A program made the position numbers and the translations under genes. Positions 47,725 to 56,717 of a stretch of DNA of 64,000 bases are shown here, piece by piece; the first letter of the stretch is position 1; every line of letters begins with the position of its first letter. The notes beneath the pieces are model-generated. The model made no database searches. It was not told the DNA's origin and saw nothing but the letters and a program-made list of their open reading frames with translations. Source of the stretch: an uncultured Pelagibacteraceae bacterium (lineage in GTDB: Bacteria; Pseudomonadota; Alphaproteobacteria; Pelagibacterales; AG-422-B15); contig CABZLP010000002.1 of NCBI GenBank assembly GCA_902526565.1, positions 38,191 to 102,190 on the forward strand, given 5' to 3'.

Positions 47725-48348
47725 ATGGCAAAAAAATGGCTTAAAATTGTTTATACAGAAAAAAATCCAGCAAAACTAAAACTGCATTATAAAAGTTGGG
47801 CAAAGGAATACGATAAGGATTTAACTGATTGGGGATACGCTTATCCAAAACGATTAAAAGAGATCTTTCTTAGTAAGAAAATAAAAATTTCAAAAAAAGC
47901 AAATATTTTAGATGCTGGATGTGGAACTGGATTAGTAGCTGAAGAGTTGAGTAAATTAGATTATAAAAACTTGACGGGTTTAGATAATTCAAAGGAAATG
48001 CTAGAACTTGCTAAATCAAAAAAAATTTTTAAAAAGCTTATTTGCCAATCATTAGGTAAAAAAACTACATTGAAAAGTAATCAGTTTGATTTGATAATCT
48101 GCACAGGAGTCCTTACTGCTGGTCATGTGGGGCCAGTTGCAATCAAAGAATTATTAAGAGTTACAAAAAAAAATGGTTACTTAATACTTTCAATTTCTGA
48201 GACTATTTTTAAAAAATTAGGTTTTGATACAGAACTAGCCTACAGATCCAATGAATACACTCCTTTGTATATCTCAAGGCCATTCCTTGCACTTCCTCGT
48301 CACAACTCCAGCGCAAAAAATAAAATTTATATTTTAAAAAAATCCTAG
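47725..48348 (+). CDS. Class I SAM-dependent methyltransferase
   Basis: 207 aa. Motif I is ILDAGCGTGLVAEEL, and post-I and motif II (DLIICTGVL) follow. The substrate is unknown. Confidence 0.75.
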   Translation: MAKKWLKIVYTEKNPAKLKLHYKSWAKEYDKDLTDWGYAYPKRLKEIFLSKKIKISKKANILDAGCGTGLVAEELSKLDYKNLTGLDNSKEMLELAKSKKIFKKLICQSLGKKTTLKSNQFDLIICTGVLTAGHVGPVAIKELLRVTKKNGYLILSISETIFKKLGFDTELAYRSNEYTPLYISRPFLALPRHNSSAKNKIYILKKS

Positions 48349-50123
48349 CCTATTTGTTCTTGACTCATATCACTGGAGTCAATGCCTGCAATTTCAACAG
48401 GCTTTTTCATTGCATCTCTTCTGAAAGGTTCGCCTAATTCTTGATTCAAAATAACTTCTATAAATGTTGTGATACCTTTATCCTGATTTTCACAGGCCTT
48501 CCTTAGGTTTTGCGTCAATTCTTCCATCGTTTTAACTATGACACCTTTTAAGCCACATCCTTCTGCTACTTTTGCGTAACTTAGCTCTGGATCTAATTCA
48601 GTGCCAACAAAATTATTGTCATACCAAAGAATTGAATTTCTTTTCTCGGCGCCCCATTGATAATTTCTGAATATTACCATAGTAATGGCAGGCCATTCTT
48701 CTCTTGCACAAGAGGTCATCTCGTTCATACTAATGCCAAATGCGCCATCGCCAGCAAATCCAACAACTGGAATGTTGGGGCATCCAATTTTAGCGCCTAG
48801 AACTGAGGGGAAACCATATCCGCATGGACCAAATAGACCTGGAGCAAGATACTTTCTTCCTTCATCAAAAGTAGGATAAGCATTTCCTATTGCACAATTA
48901 TTGCCAATATCTGAAGAAATAATTGCTTCTCTGGGCAGAGCCGCTTGGATTGCTCTCCAGGCCATTCGTGGAGACATTCTATCAGAGTCTCTCTTTCTAG
49001 AGTCAGCGTTCCATGTGGTTCCAGGATCATCATCTTCGTGATCCATGCTGCTTAGCGTTTGTAGCCATGAAGATTTAGTTTGATGCACTAATGCTTTTCG
49101 ATCATCTCTGCCAATATCACCGGCACTTGAAGATAAGTTATTTATTAATTGTTGTGTTACAAGCTTTGAATCTCCACAAATGCCTACAGTTACCTTTTTA
49201 GTAAGCCCTATACGGTCTGAATTTATATCGACTTGAATTACTGATGCATCTGTTGGCCAATAATCTATGCCATAGCATGGCAAAGTAGAAAAAGGGTTTA
49301 ACCTAGTGCCTAAAGCAAGAACAACATCAGCCTTTGAAATTAATTCCATTGCTGCTTTTGATCCATTATAACCTAAGGGTCCAACGGCTAAACGATGATT
49401 ACCTGGAAAACTATCATTATGTTGATATCCACACGCTACGGGAGCATCCAATCTTTCAGCGAGTAATTTGCATTCTTCAATGGCACCGCCTAATACAACG
49501 CCAGCGCCAGATAAAATTACTGGAAATTTAGCGTTAGATAGTAACTCTGATGCTTTTAATATTGCTTCATTCCCTCCAGCTGGTCTTTCAAAATTTACAA
49601 TCGTTGGTATTTCAATATCAATGACTTGTGTCCACATGTCTCTTGGTACATTTATTTGAGCAGGTGCTGAGCCCCTAAACGCTTTTGATATTACTCTATT
49701 TAAGACCTCTGCTATTCTGGAAGGATCTCTCACCTCTTCTTGATAGCAAACCATATCTTTAAATAAAGCCATCTGCTCGACTTCTTGAAATCCCCCTTGA
49801 CCAATTGTTTTGTTGGCGGCTTGAGGCGTTACTAAGAGTAAAGGAGTATGGTTCCAGTAAGCTGTTTTAATTGGCGTAACAAAGTTTGTGATACCAGGAC
49901 CATTCTGAGCAATGCACATTGACATTTTTCCTGTAGCACGAGTGTATCCATCAGCAACAATGCCTCCGTTAGTTTCGTGAGCTACATCCCAAAAAGTAAT
50001 ACCGGCTTTGGGAAATAAATCGGATATAGGCATAAACGCTGAACCAATAATCCCAAATGCATGTTGTATGCCGTGCTTTTGTAAAACCTTGATAAAAGCT
50101 TCTTCTGTTGTCATTTTAGTCAT
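48345..50123 (-). CDS. xsc: Sulfoacetaldehyde acetyltransferase (TPP-dependent)
   Basis: The track ORF begins at TTG 50153. I prefer ATG 50121-50123 (MTKMTTEEAFIKVLQKHGIQHAFGIIGSAFMPISDLFPKAGITFWDVAHE), which matches my memory of Xsc N-termini. The TPP motif GFAGDGAFGISMNE..N is present and the length is about 592 aa. Confidence 0.85.
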   Translation of the reverse strand: MTKMTTEEAFIKVLQKHGIQHAFGIIGSAFMPISDLFPKAGITFWDVAHETNGGIVADGYTRATGKMSMCIAQNGPGITNFVTPIKTAYWNHTPLLLVTPQAANKTIGQGGFQEVEQMALFKDMVCYQEEVRDPSRIAEVLNRVISKAFRGSAPAQINVPRDMWTQVIDIEIPTIVNFERPAGGNEAILKASELLSNAKFPVILSGAGVVLGGAIEECKLLAERLDAPVACGYQHNDSFPGNHRLAVGPLGYNGSKAAMELISKADVVLALGTRLNPFSTLPCYGIDYWPTDASVIQVDINSDRIGLTKKVTVGICGDSKLVTQQLINNLSSSAGDIGRDDRKALVHQTKSSWLQTLSSMDHEDDDPGTTWNADSRKRDSDRMSPRMAWRAIQAALPREAIISSDIGNNCAIGNAYPTFDEGRKYLAPGLFGPCGYGFPSVLGAKIGCPNIPVVGFAGDGAFGISMNEMTSCAREEWPAITMVIFRNYQWGAEKRNSILWYDNNFVGTELDPELSYAKVAEGCGLKGVIVKTMEELTQNLRKACENQDKGITTFIEVILNQELGEPFRRDAMKKPVEIAGIDSSDMSQEQIG

Positions 50124-50139
50124 ATTTGAAACTTTTCTA

Positions 50140-51462
50140 TTAATATTTAACAACTACTTCTTTTATTTTTTGTAACATTTCGTCAATGTGCTTTTCTTCG
50201 GCAATCAAAGCAGGTGCAATTATACCACTGTCGCCAGTAAATTTAATATGAACTCCATTAGCAAAAGTTTTCTTTTGAGCATCATATCCACGTACCCCTG
50301 GAGTTTTATCAACTGCAAGATCAATGGCAGCCATCATTCCATCTCCCCGAACATCTGTTACAGCCGGAACATCTTTAAACGCATCAAAAACAGCATCTAA
50401 AAAATAAGGTGACATCTTTTCAGCTCTTGCAAAAATATCCTCTTTTTCATAAATATCTAATGTAGCTAATGAAGCTGCAACACATGCAGGGTGACCTGAG
50501 TATGTGTAGCCATGAAAAAACTCAACTCCGTGTTCAGGGCCGTTGTCAACAATTGCGTTATAAATTTTATCGGAAACCCCAACGGCTCCCATTGGCTGGG
50601 AACCATTCGTAATAGCTTTAGCCATAGTGATCATATCTGGTTGAACATTATATTTAACTGAACCAAAAGACTTTCCTGTTCGTCCAAATCCTGTTATGAC
50701 TTCATCAAAAATTAATACTATGCCATATTTATCACATGTTGCTCTTAACTTTTCTAAGTATCCCTTCGGTGGAATTAACGTACCCGTTGATCCTGCAATA
50801 GGCTCCACAAAGCATGCAGCAATTGACTCTGGACCATACATGTCAACAAACCTTTGAAGATCATCAGCTAAATGTGCGCCAAGTTCTGGTTGACCTTTTG
50901 TGAACTTATTTTCATCTAACCAAGTATGTCTTAAATGAATAACGCCAGGCATTGCTGCAGTAAATATTTCTCTGTTTTTAATCATACCACTTAGAGATGT
51001 GCCGCCAATATTTACACCGTGATAAGCTCTTTCACGTGATACAAACTTCATTCGATGAGCTTGTCCAATTGCATGCTGATATGCTTGAACAATTTTTATA
51101 GCTGAATCTATTGCTGTTGATCCACATATCGTGAAAAAAACATTGTTTAAGTCACCGGGTAATAGTTTTGCAACTTTTTCAGCGCAAGTAAAAGCAGGTA
51201 AGTGTGAAACCTGGAAGCTTGGCGAATAATCTAATTTTAATAATTGCTGATGTACAGCATCCGCAATTTCTTGTCTTCCATGACCTAGAGGGACGCAAAA
51301 TAATCCTGAAGAAGCGTCAATTACGGTATCACCTTTATGGTTCCAATAATATACACCTTCCCCTCTATCCAAAAGTCTTGGATCTTTTTTGAAATCCTTA
51401 TTTGCAGTAAAGGGTAAAAAGTAATTATCGAGAGAATTAGTCGTAGGTGTGGTGTTTGCCAT
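50140..51462 (-). CDS. Class-III omega-aminotransferase (beta-alanine/taurine:pyruvate transaminase type)
   Basis: 440 aa. Motifs: FDEVITGFGRTG and the PLP Lys in DMITMAKAITNG. Overall it resembles omega-amino-acid:pyruvate aminotransferases. It sits 16 nt upstream of xsc, which is the position expected for Tpa. Confidence 0.85.
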   Translation of the reverse strand: MANTTPTTNSLDNYFLPFTANKDFKKDPRLLDRGEGVYYWNHKGDTVIDASSGLFCVPLGHGRQEIADAVHQQLLKLDYSPSFQVSHLPAFTCAEKVAKLLPGDLNNVFFTICGSTAIDSAIKIVQAYQHAIGQAHRMKFVSRERAYHGVNIGGTSLSGMIKNREIFTAAMPGVIHLRHTWLDENKFTKGQPELGAHLADDLQRFVDMYGPESIAACFVEPIAGSTGTLIPPKGYLEKLRATCDKYGIVLIFDEVITGFGRTGKSFGSVKYNVQPDMITMAKAITNGSQPMGAVGVSDKIYNAIVDNGPEHGVEFFHGYTYSGHPACVAASLATLDIYEKEDIFARAEKMSPYFLDAVFDAFKDVPAVTDVRGDGMMAAIDLAVDKTPGVRGYDAQKKTFANGVHIKFTGDSGIIAPALIAEEKHIDEMLQKIKEVVVKY

Positions 51463-51510
51463 TTGGATCCTTTCAAATCTATAAAGATATAATGATTATC
51501 TTAATCTTAT

Positions 51511-53703
51511 TTAAGCTGCTTGACTAGAATTACCACTTTTATGAAATGTCTCATTTTTGGAGGCCATATCACGAAGAAGTTTGCAAGGTGTAAACCTTTC
51601 ACCATATTTTTGTGCAAGTTTATCTGCTTCAGCAACAAATTCTTTGACACCTATCATGTCAATGTAAGAGAGTGTTCCGCCAGTCCAAGGTGCCATACCC
51701 CAACCTAGAATTGCTCCAATATCAGCATCGCGAACATCTGTTAAGACATTTTCTTCATAACACTTGGCTGTTTCCAAGGCTTGAATATAGAGAAATCTCT
51801 TTTTTAGTTCATCAACTTCAGGCTGCTCATCACTTTCCTTACAAAGATTAGATAATTCAGGCCATAGATATTTCTTCCCACTTTCAGGATATTCATAAAA
51901 ACCTTTATTATTCTTCTTTCCAAACCTTCCTTGCTTTTCAACCATTTCTTCCATGATTGAATACATAGGTGTAACAGGAAACTCTTTTCCCTCTGCCTCG
52001 AAGTCTTTTTTGGTTTGAGTAGTCACCTTCCATGCAAGATCTAAAGCTACAGCATCTGAGAGTGCTAAAGGCGCCATTGGCATACCTGTCATCTTTCCAG
52101 CATTTTCAATTAGTGCGGGCTTAATTCCTTCTGCAAGCATTGCAACACCTTCACCTGTATATGTGCTGAATACGCGGCTTGTATAGAATCCTCTGCTGTC
52201 ATTTACTACAATTGGAGTTTTCTTAATCTTTTGCACATAATCCATTGTCTTCGCAAGAGTCTCTTGTGAAGTTTCTTTTCCCATAATAATTTCGACTAAT
52301 GGCATTCTTTCAACAGGGGAGAAATAATGAATTCCAATAAAATTATTAGGTCTTTTAGAATTTTTAGCCAGTCCTGTGATAGGTAAAGTTGAAGTATTGG
52401 AACCAAAAACAGCTGTCTCAGCAATTTGTGCTTCAGCTTTAGCGGTAACTTCAGCCTTGATTTCTCTGTTTTCAAAAACTGCTTCTACAATTAGATCTGC
52501 ACCTTGTAGCAAAGAGTAATCAGTAGTAGGAGTTATTAAGTTTAATAGTTTTTCTTTCTTTTCTTCTGTTGTTCTTTTTTTGCTTAGTTGCTTATCTAAA
52601 ATTTTAGTCGAGTAATCTTTTCCTTTATCAGCAGCATCTTGATCTGTATCAATTAAAATAACTTCAATTCCTGCTTTTGCAGTTACATAAGCAATTCCTG
52701 CACCCATTAGTCCAGCTCCAAGTATACCAATTTTTTTGACATCATACTTATCAAAGTCCTTTGGCCTTCTTGCTCCCTTACTGAGAGCTTGCATATTAAC
52801 AAATAAGCTTCTGACCATATTTTGTGATCTTGGATCCATAACAACGTTGGTAAAATAACGAGCCTCAATTCTTAATGCAGCGTCAATTGGAACTTGAACC
52901 CCTTCATAAACTGCAGACAAAATGGCTGTTTGAGCTGGATAGTTATTATAAGAATTTTTTCTTAGGGATGATGAGGCTGCTGCCCACAGCATCATGCCTT
53001 TTGGCGTGTAAGGAAGTCCACCAGGGAATTTAAATCCTTTTTCATCCCATGGTTGAACTGCTTTACCGCCATCAATAATATATTTTTTTGCGACAGCTAA
53101 TAAATTTTCTTTGTCGGTCACCTCGTTAATAAGTCCTGCGCTTAGAGCTTTTTTAGGAGTGAATGGAGTTCCTGCTAAAAGAAAGCCCATTATATCTTGG
53201 GTAACTCCAGCCAATCTTGGTACTCTTTGAGTTCCACCCGCTCCAGGTATAAGGCCAACTTTTGCTTCTGGTTGTCCAATTTGAATTTTGTCATTATCAA
53301 TTGCAACACGGTAGTGACATGACAAACAAATCTCAAATCCACCACCTAAAGCATGTCCATTTATTGCTGCAACAAAAGGTTTACCACATGTTTCCATGTT
53401 CCTAAAGAGCAACTGCATTTCCATGTTTCCATTATATATTTTTTCTGCAGCTTTAACTTTATCCTCTTGAACGCTGTCAAAACCAAAAACTTCAGAAGAC
53501 GTAAGATCTGCTCCGGCTATGAATGCATCTTTAGCGCTTCTCAGAACAATACCTTTAACTGAATCGTCGCCAATTAACTTTTCAATAATTTGCCTATATT
53601 CGCCTAAAGATTGAAAATTTAGAACGTTCATTGAACGATTTTCTAAATCCCAGGTTACCACAGCAACACCGTCGCTATCTATTTCATAAGTTACATCACT
53701 CAT
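51511..53703 (-). CDS. Multifunctional fatty-acid oxidation protein (enoyl-CoA hydratase + 3-hydroxyacyl-CoA dehydrogenase; FadB/FadJ-like)
   Basis: 730 aa. An N-terminal crotonase fold (FIAGADL, AINGHALGGGFE) is followed by the central NAD fold GILGAGLMGAGIA and 3HCDH C-terminal domains. Confidence 0.9.
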   Translation of the reverse strand: MSDVTYEIDSDGVAVVTWDLENRSMNVLNFQSLGEYRQIIEKLIGDDSVKGIVLRSAKDAFIAGADLTSSEVFGFDSVQEDKVKAAEKIYNGNMEMQLLFRNMETCGKPFVAAINGHALGGGFEICLSCHYRVAIDNDKIQIGQPEAKVGLIPGAGGTQRVPRLAGVTQDIMGFLLAGTPFTPKKALSAGLINEVTDKENLLAVAKKYIIDGGKAVQPWDEKGFKFPGGLPYTPKGMMLWAAASSSLRKNSYNNYPAQTAILSAVYEGVQVPIDAALRIEARYFTNVVMDPRSQNMVRSLFVNMQALSKGARRPKDFDKYDVKKIGILGAGLMGAGIAYVTAKAGIEVILIDTDQDAADKGKDYSTKILDKQLSKKRTTEEKKEKLLNLITPTTDYSLLQGADLIVEAVFENREIKAEVTAKAEAQIAETAVFGSNTSTLPITGLAKNSKRPNNFIGIHYFSPVERMPLVEIIMGKETSQETLAKTMDYVQKIKKTPIVVNDSRGFYTSRVFSTYTGEGVAMLAEGIKPALIENAGKMTGMPMAPLALSDAVALDLAWKVTTQTKKDFEAEGKEFPVTPMYSIMEEMVEKQGRFGKKNNKGFYEYPESGKKYLWPELSNLCKESDEQPEVDELKKRFLYIQALETAKCYEENVLTDVRDADIGAILGWGMAPWTGGTLSYIDMIGVKEFVAEADKLAQKYGERFTPCKLLRDMASKNETFHKSGNSSQAA

Positions 53704-53726
53704 TATATTACCTTTAATCTAAATTT

Positions 53727-54935
53727 TTAAACGCGCTCGATGACAGTGGCAGTTCCCATGCCTCCGCCGACACACAATGTAGCAAGTGCTGTAGACTTGT
53801 TCGTTCTTTCTAACTCATCTAGAACTGTACCAAGTATCATTGCACCGGTAGCGCCAAGAGGATGTCCCATTGCAATAGCTCCGCCATTAACATTAATTTG
53901 AGAATGATCTATGCCCATATGCTCTAAGTATCTTAGAACAACAACTGCAAAAGCTTCATTTAATTCCCATAAATCAATATCGCTTTTATTCATTCCAAGA
54001 TTTTTTAAAACTTTATCTGAAACATAGCCCGGTCCAGTCAACATTATGCTCGGCTCAGATCCAATTGAAGCAAATCCTCTAATTTTTGCTCTTGCCTTAA
54101 GACCATGCTTTTCTCCCATTTCTTTATTTCCAAGTAGAATTGCAGCAGCGCCATCAACAATCCCTGAGGAGTTGCCCGCTGTGTGCACATGGTTTACTTT
54201 TTCTACTTCTGGATACCTTTGTTGTATTGTCGCATCGAAGCCAGCCATTTCACCCATCATTGCAAATGAAGGATCTAGTGATCCAAGTGATTGCATTGTT
54301 GCATCGGGTCTCATATGTTCATCATGATCTAAAATTGTTAAACCATTAATATCTTTGACGGGTGTAATTGATTTATCAAATCTTTTTTCATCCCAAGCTT
54401 TTTTAGCTCTTTGTTGACTCTCAACCGCATAAGCATCTACATCATCACGAGTAAAGCCCCATTTTGAGGCAATCATATCTGCGCTTATTCCTTGAGGTAC
54501 AAAATAGTTTTTAATTGCTACTGAAGGATCAGCTACCATTGCTCCGCCATCAGAACCCATCGGAACTCTTGACATTGACTCAACACCACCGCCTATAGAC
54601 ATCTGTGCCTGACCAGACATAACTTGAGCCGCTGCCATGTTTGTTGCTTCTAAACCAGATGCACAAAATCTATTTATTTGCACCCCTGATACTGATTGAT
54701 CAAATTCTGAATTGAGGACAGCAGAACGAGCAATATTAGCACCTTGTTCACCCACCGGAGCAACACATCCCAGTACAACATCATCTACATCAGATGTATC
54801 TAGTTGATTGCGGTCTTTAACATTATTTAAAACCTGAGTTGCAAGTTCTAAGGCTGTAACTTCATGTAAAGTTCCATTTTTTTTACCTTTGCCACGAGGC
54901 GTTCTAATTGCGTCATAGATATAACAGTCAGTCAT
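53727..54935 (-). CDS. Acetyl-CoA C-acyltransferase (3-ketoacyl-CoA thiolase; FadA-like)
   Basis: 402 aa. The active-site Cys is in NRFCASGLE. Also present: [17 protein letters not shown] and CVGGGMGTA. Confidence 0.92.
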   Translation of the reverse strand: MTDCYIYDAIRTPRGKGKKNGTLHEVTALELATQVLNNVKDRNQLDTSDVDDVVLGCVAPVGEQGANIARSAVLNSEFDQSVSGVQINRFCASGLEATNMAAAQVMSGQAQMSIGGGVESMSRVPMGSDGGAMVADPSVAIKNYFVPQGISADMIASKWGFTRDDVDAYAVESQQRAKKAWDEKRFDKSITPVKDINGLTILDHDEHMRPDATMQSLGSLDPSFAMMGEMAGFDATIQQRYPEVEKVNHVHTAGNSSGIVDGAAAILLGNKEMGEKHGLKARAKIRGFASIGSEPSIMLTGPGYVSDKVLKNLGMNKSDIDLWELNEAFAVVVLRYLEHMGIDHSQINVNGGAIAMGHPLGATGAMILGTVLDELERTNKSTALATLCVGGGMGTATVIERV

Positions 54936-55078
54936 TCGAGTACTCCAAAATATTGATTATAAGTTTGTCGATTATAATAATTAAGAATTTTCAAACAATA
55001 CTAAATATAAGAAAGTGCAATTAAACTTTCTAAATATTAATCAATAAAATCAATGATTTAATTAATAATATAACATGG

Positions 55079-55834
55079 TTATAGATCAAGTTCAGTGTAC
55101 CTTGATAAATCAGGAGAGCCATTAGCAAATTTGTAGACAGGCTTTTGCTTCGCTCCCTTAGGTTGAAAGCTGGGCAGTGCGATTAAAGTTGATGATACTG
55201 TTTGAAAACCCATATCAGTCTTTACACACATAGCGCTCAGTGGATTTTTATCTTCACTGTAAGTGCTTCCCAATAACATTTCCCAGTCTTGCCATTCCCC
55301 TTTTGATGGATTTGGCTCGAGAGATAAAGCAAACTTTGATAGGTAAATTTTAATACGCTTTGATTTTAAATCATTTCGATCATATGCCGTTATAATCGAA
55401 AGTCCTTCTGGAACATTAAAGTATTCAATAGCTTCTTGTTCCTCATCTGACTTTATCCAGTAAGCGTTTATATTATCAGCGATGAGCATATTAAATCCTC
55501 GATAAGAGTCCTTTTCAATTTCAATCATAGCGTTAAGAGCCTCGGATGCATCTGCATGATCTAATGCGTCTAAAACCAATTCTCCCCTACTTCTTTTATT
55601 ATCTAATGGCCCTAAACTGTTCATTCGATTCATGATACCAACAGCTAAACCATAGTCATTGATACCAAGCCATGTGCCTCCAGCAACTAAATCCTTTCCC
55701 GCAAATACATGGGGTCTATCTTCCCAGTGTCTACCAGGTGTGAGTGACTCCCTGTCCTTCATTTCATCTCTGTTAGCACCAATTATTAATGGCCACTCTG
55801 AGTCACTTTGTTTTAAAATTACTATCGAACACAT
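55079..55834 (-). CDS. NRDE-family protein (TANGO2 homologue, function unknown)
   Basis: 251 aa. It starts MCS.. with an N-terminal nucleophile-type Cys2, carries the eponymous GANRDE motif at residues 20-24, and has GGTWLG. Confidence 0.8.
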   Translation of the reverse strand: MCSIVILKQSDSEWPLIIGANRDEMKDRESLTPGRHWEDRPHVFAGKDLVAGGTWLGINDYGLAVGIMNRMNSLGPLDNKRSRGELVLDALDHADASEALNAMIEIEKDSYRGFNMLIADNINAYWIKSDEEQEAIEYFNVPEGLSIITAYDRNDLKSKRIKIYLSKFALSLEPNPSKGEWQDWEMLLGSTYSEDKNPLSAMCVKTDMGFQTVSSTLIALPSFQPKGAKQKPVYKFANGSPDLSRYTELDL

Positions 55835-55871
55835 TTGATTTTTTATATAACTTTACTAGTTAAATGATGTC

Positions 55872-56717
55872 ATGGAAAATAAAAAAACAGCTCTGATCGT
55901 AGAAGGCGGTGGCCAAAGAGGGGTATTTTCTTTTGGAATAACCGATACCTTTATTAATAGGAACTATGATCCATTTGATATTTACATGGGAGTCTCAAAT
56001 GGAGTGGCGGTACTATGCTGGTATCTAATTAGAGAAACAGACAATAATTTAGAAAAAATGCTCTATGCGGCTAAAGGAGATTACCTCAGCTATAAAAATA
56101 TTTTTATTGGCAAAGACATAATTAAATTTCATCAGATGTACGAGGATGGTGAGAAGATGTTTAGGCCAAGTATGGAAAAGATTAAAAATAATTTAAAAGG
56201 AAAAGATTATATTGCAGTTGTGACTGATGCGCTTGAAGCAAATGCCGAATATTATTCATTTGGTAATGGTGAGTGGATGCAAAAAATGATTGCCTCTGGT
56301 ACCCTGCCTATATTGGTTAGAACACCAAGTTTAATAAATGGACGCAGGAAATTTGATGGAGGTATTGCCGACCCTCTTCCTGTAAAAAAAGCATATGAAA
56401 TGGGAGCTAAAAAGATAATTGTGATCAGAACATATGAAAAAAAATTTATAAGGAAGTTGAAATTTGAAAATTATATTGGCGCCTTACTATCACGAGAATA
56501 CCCTAAATTGAGAAAAGCATTATTAGTACATGATAAAACTTATAATCGAGCACTTGATTTTATAAATAATCCCCCGAGTGATTGTGAAATTATACAACTA
56601 TGTCCACCAGAAAAACTAAAATCAAAAAGAGACTCAAAAAATATTGAAATTTTAAAAGCTGACTACAAATTAGGAAAATCAGTTGCTAAAAAATATTTAG
56701 ATAATCTAGAGAACTGA
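55872..56717 (+). CDS. Patatin-like phospholipase
   Basis: 281 aa. Oxyanion GGGQRG, the nucleophile elbow GVSNG, and the catalytic Asp in FDGGIADPLP are all present. Confidence 0.86.
   Translation: MENKKTALIVEGGGQRGVFSFGITDTFINRNYDPFDIYMGVSNGVAVLCWYLIRETDNNLEKMLYAAKGDYLSYKNIFIGKDIIKFHQMYEDGEKMFRPSMEKIKNNLKGKDYIAVVTDALEANAEYYSFGNGEWMQKMIASGTLPILVRTPSLINGRRKFDGGIADPLPVKKAYEMGAKKIIVIRTYEKKFIRKLKFENYIGALLSREYPKLRKALLVHDKTYNRALDFINNPPSDCEIIQLCPPEKLKSKRDSKNIEILKADYKLGKSVAKKYLDNLEN

Noticed and set aside
48345-50153. The xsc, ureohydrolase and SBP regions look GC-richer than the surrounding genes, which could suggest recent horizontal transfer.
   Set aside because: I cannot compute composition reliably by eye. 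Highly conserved enzymes in AT-rich genomes commonly look GC-richer because of amino-acid constraints. There are no flanking tRNA, integrase or repeat scars.
54955-55031. An 8-bp direct repeat, GATTATAA (54955-54962 and 54970-54977), upstream of the thiolase gene, and a 7-bp hairpin, AGAAAGT/ACTTTCT (55010-55031), after the NRDE gene.
   Set aside because: The chance expectation for the repeat in a 143-bp AT-rich spacer is of order 0.3. The hairpin stem is short and AT-rich with only a weak T-rich tail. Neither has enough support to annotate as an operator or terminator.
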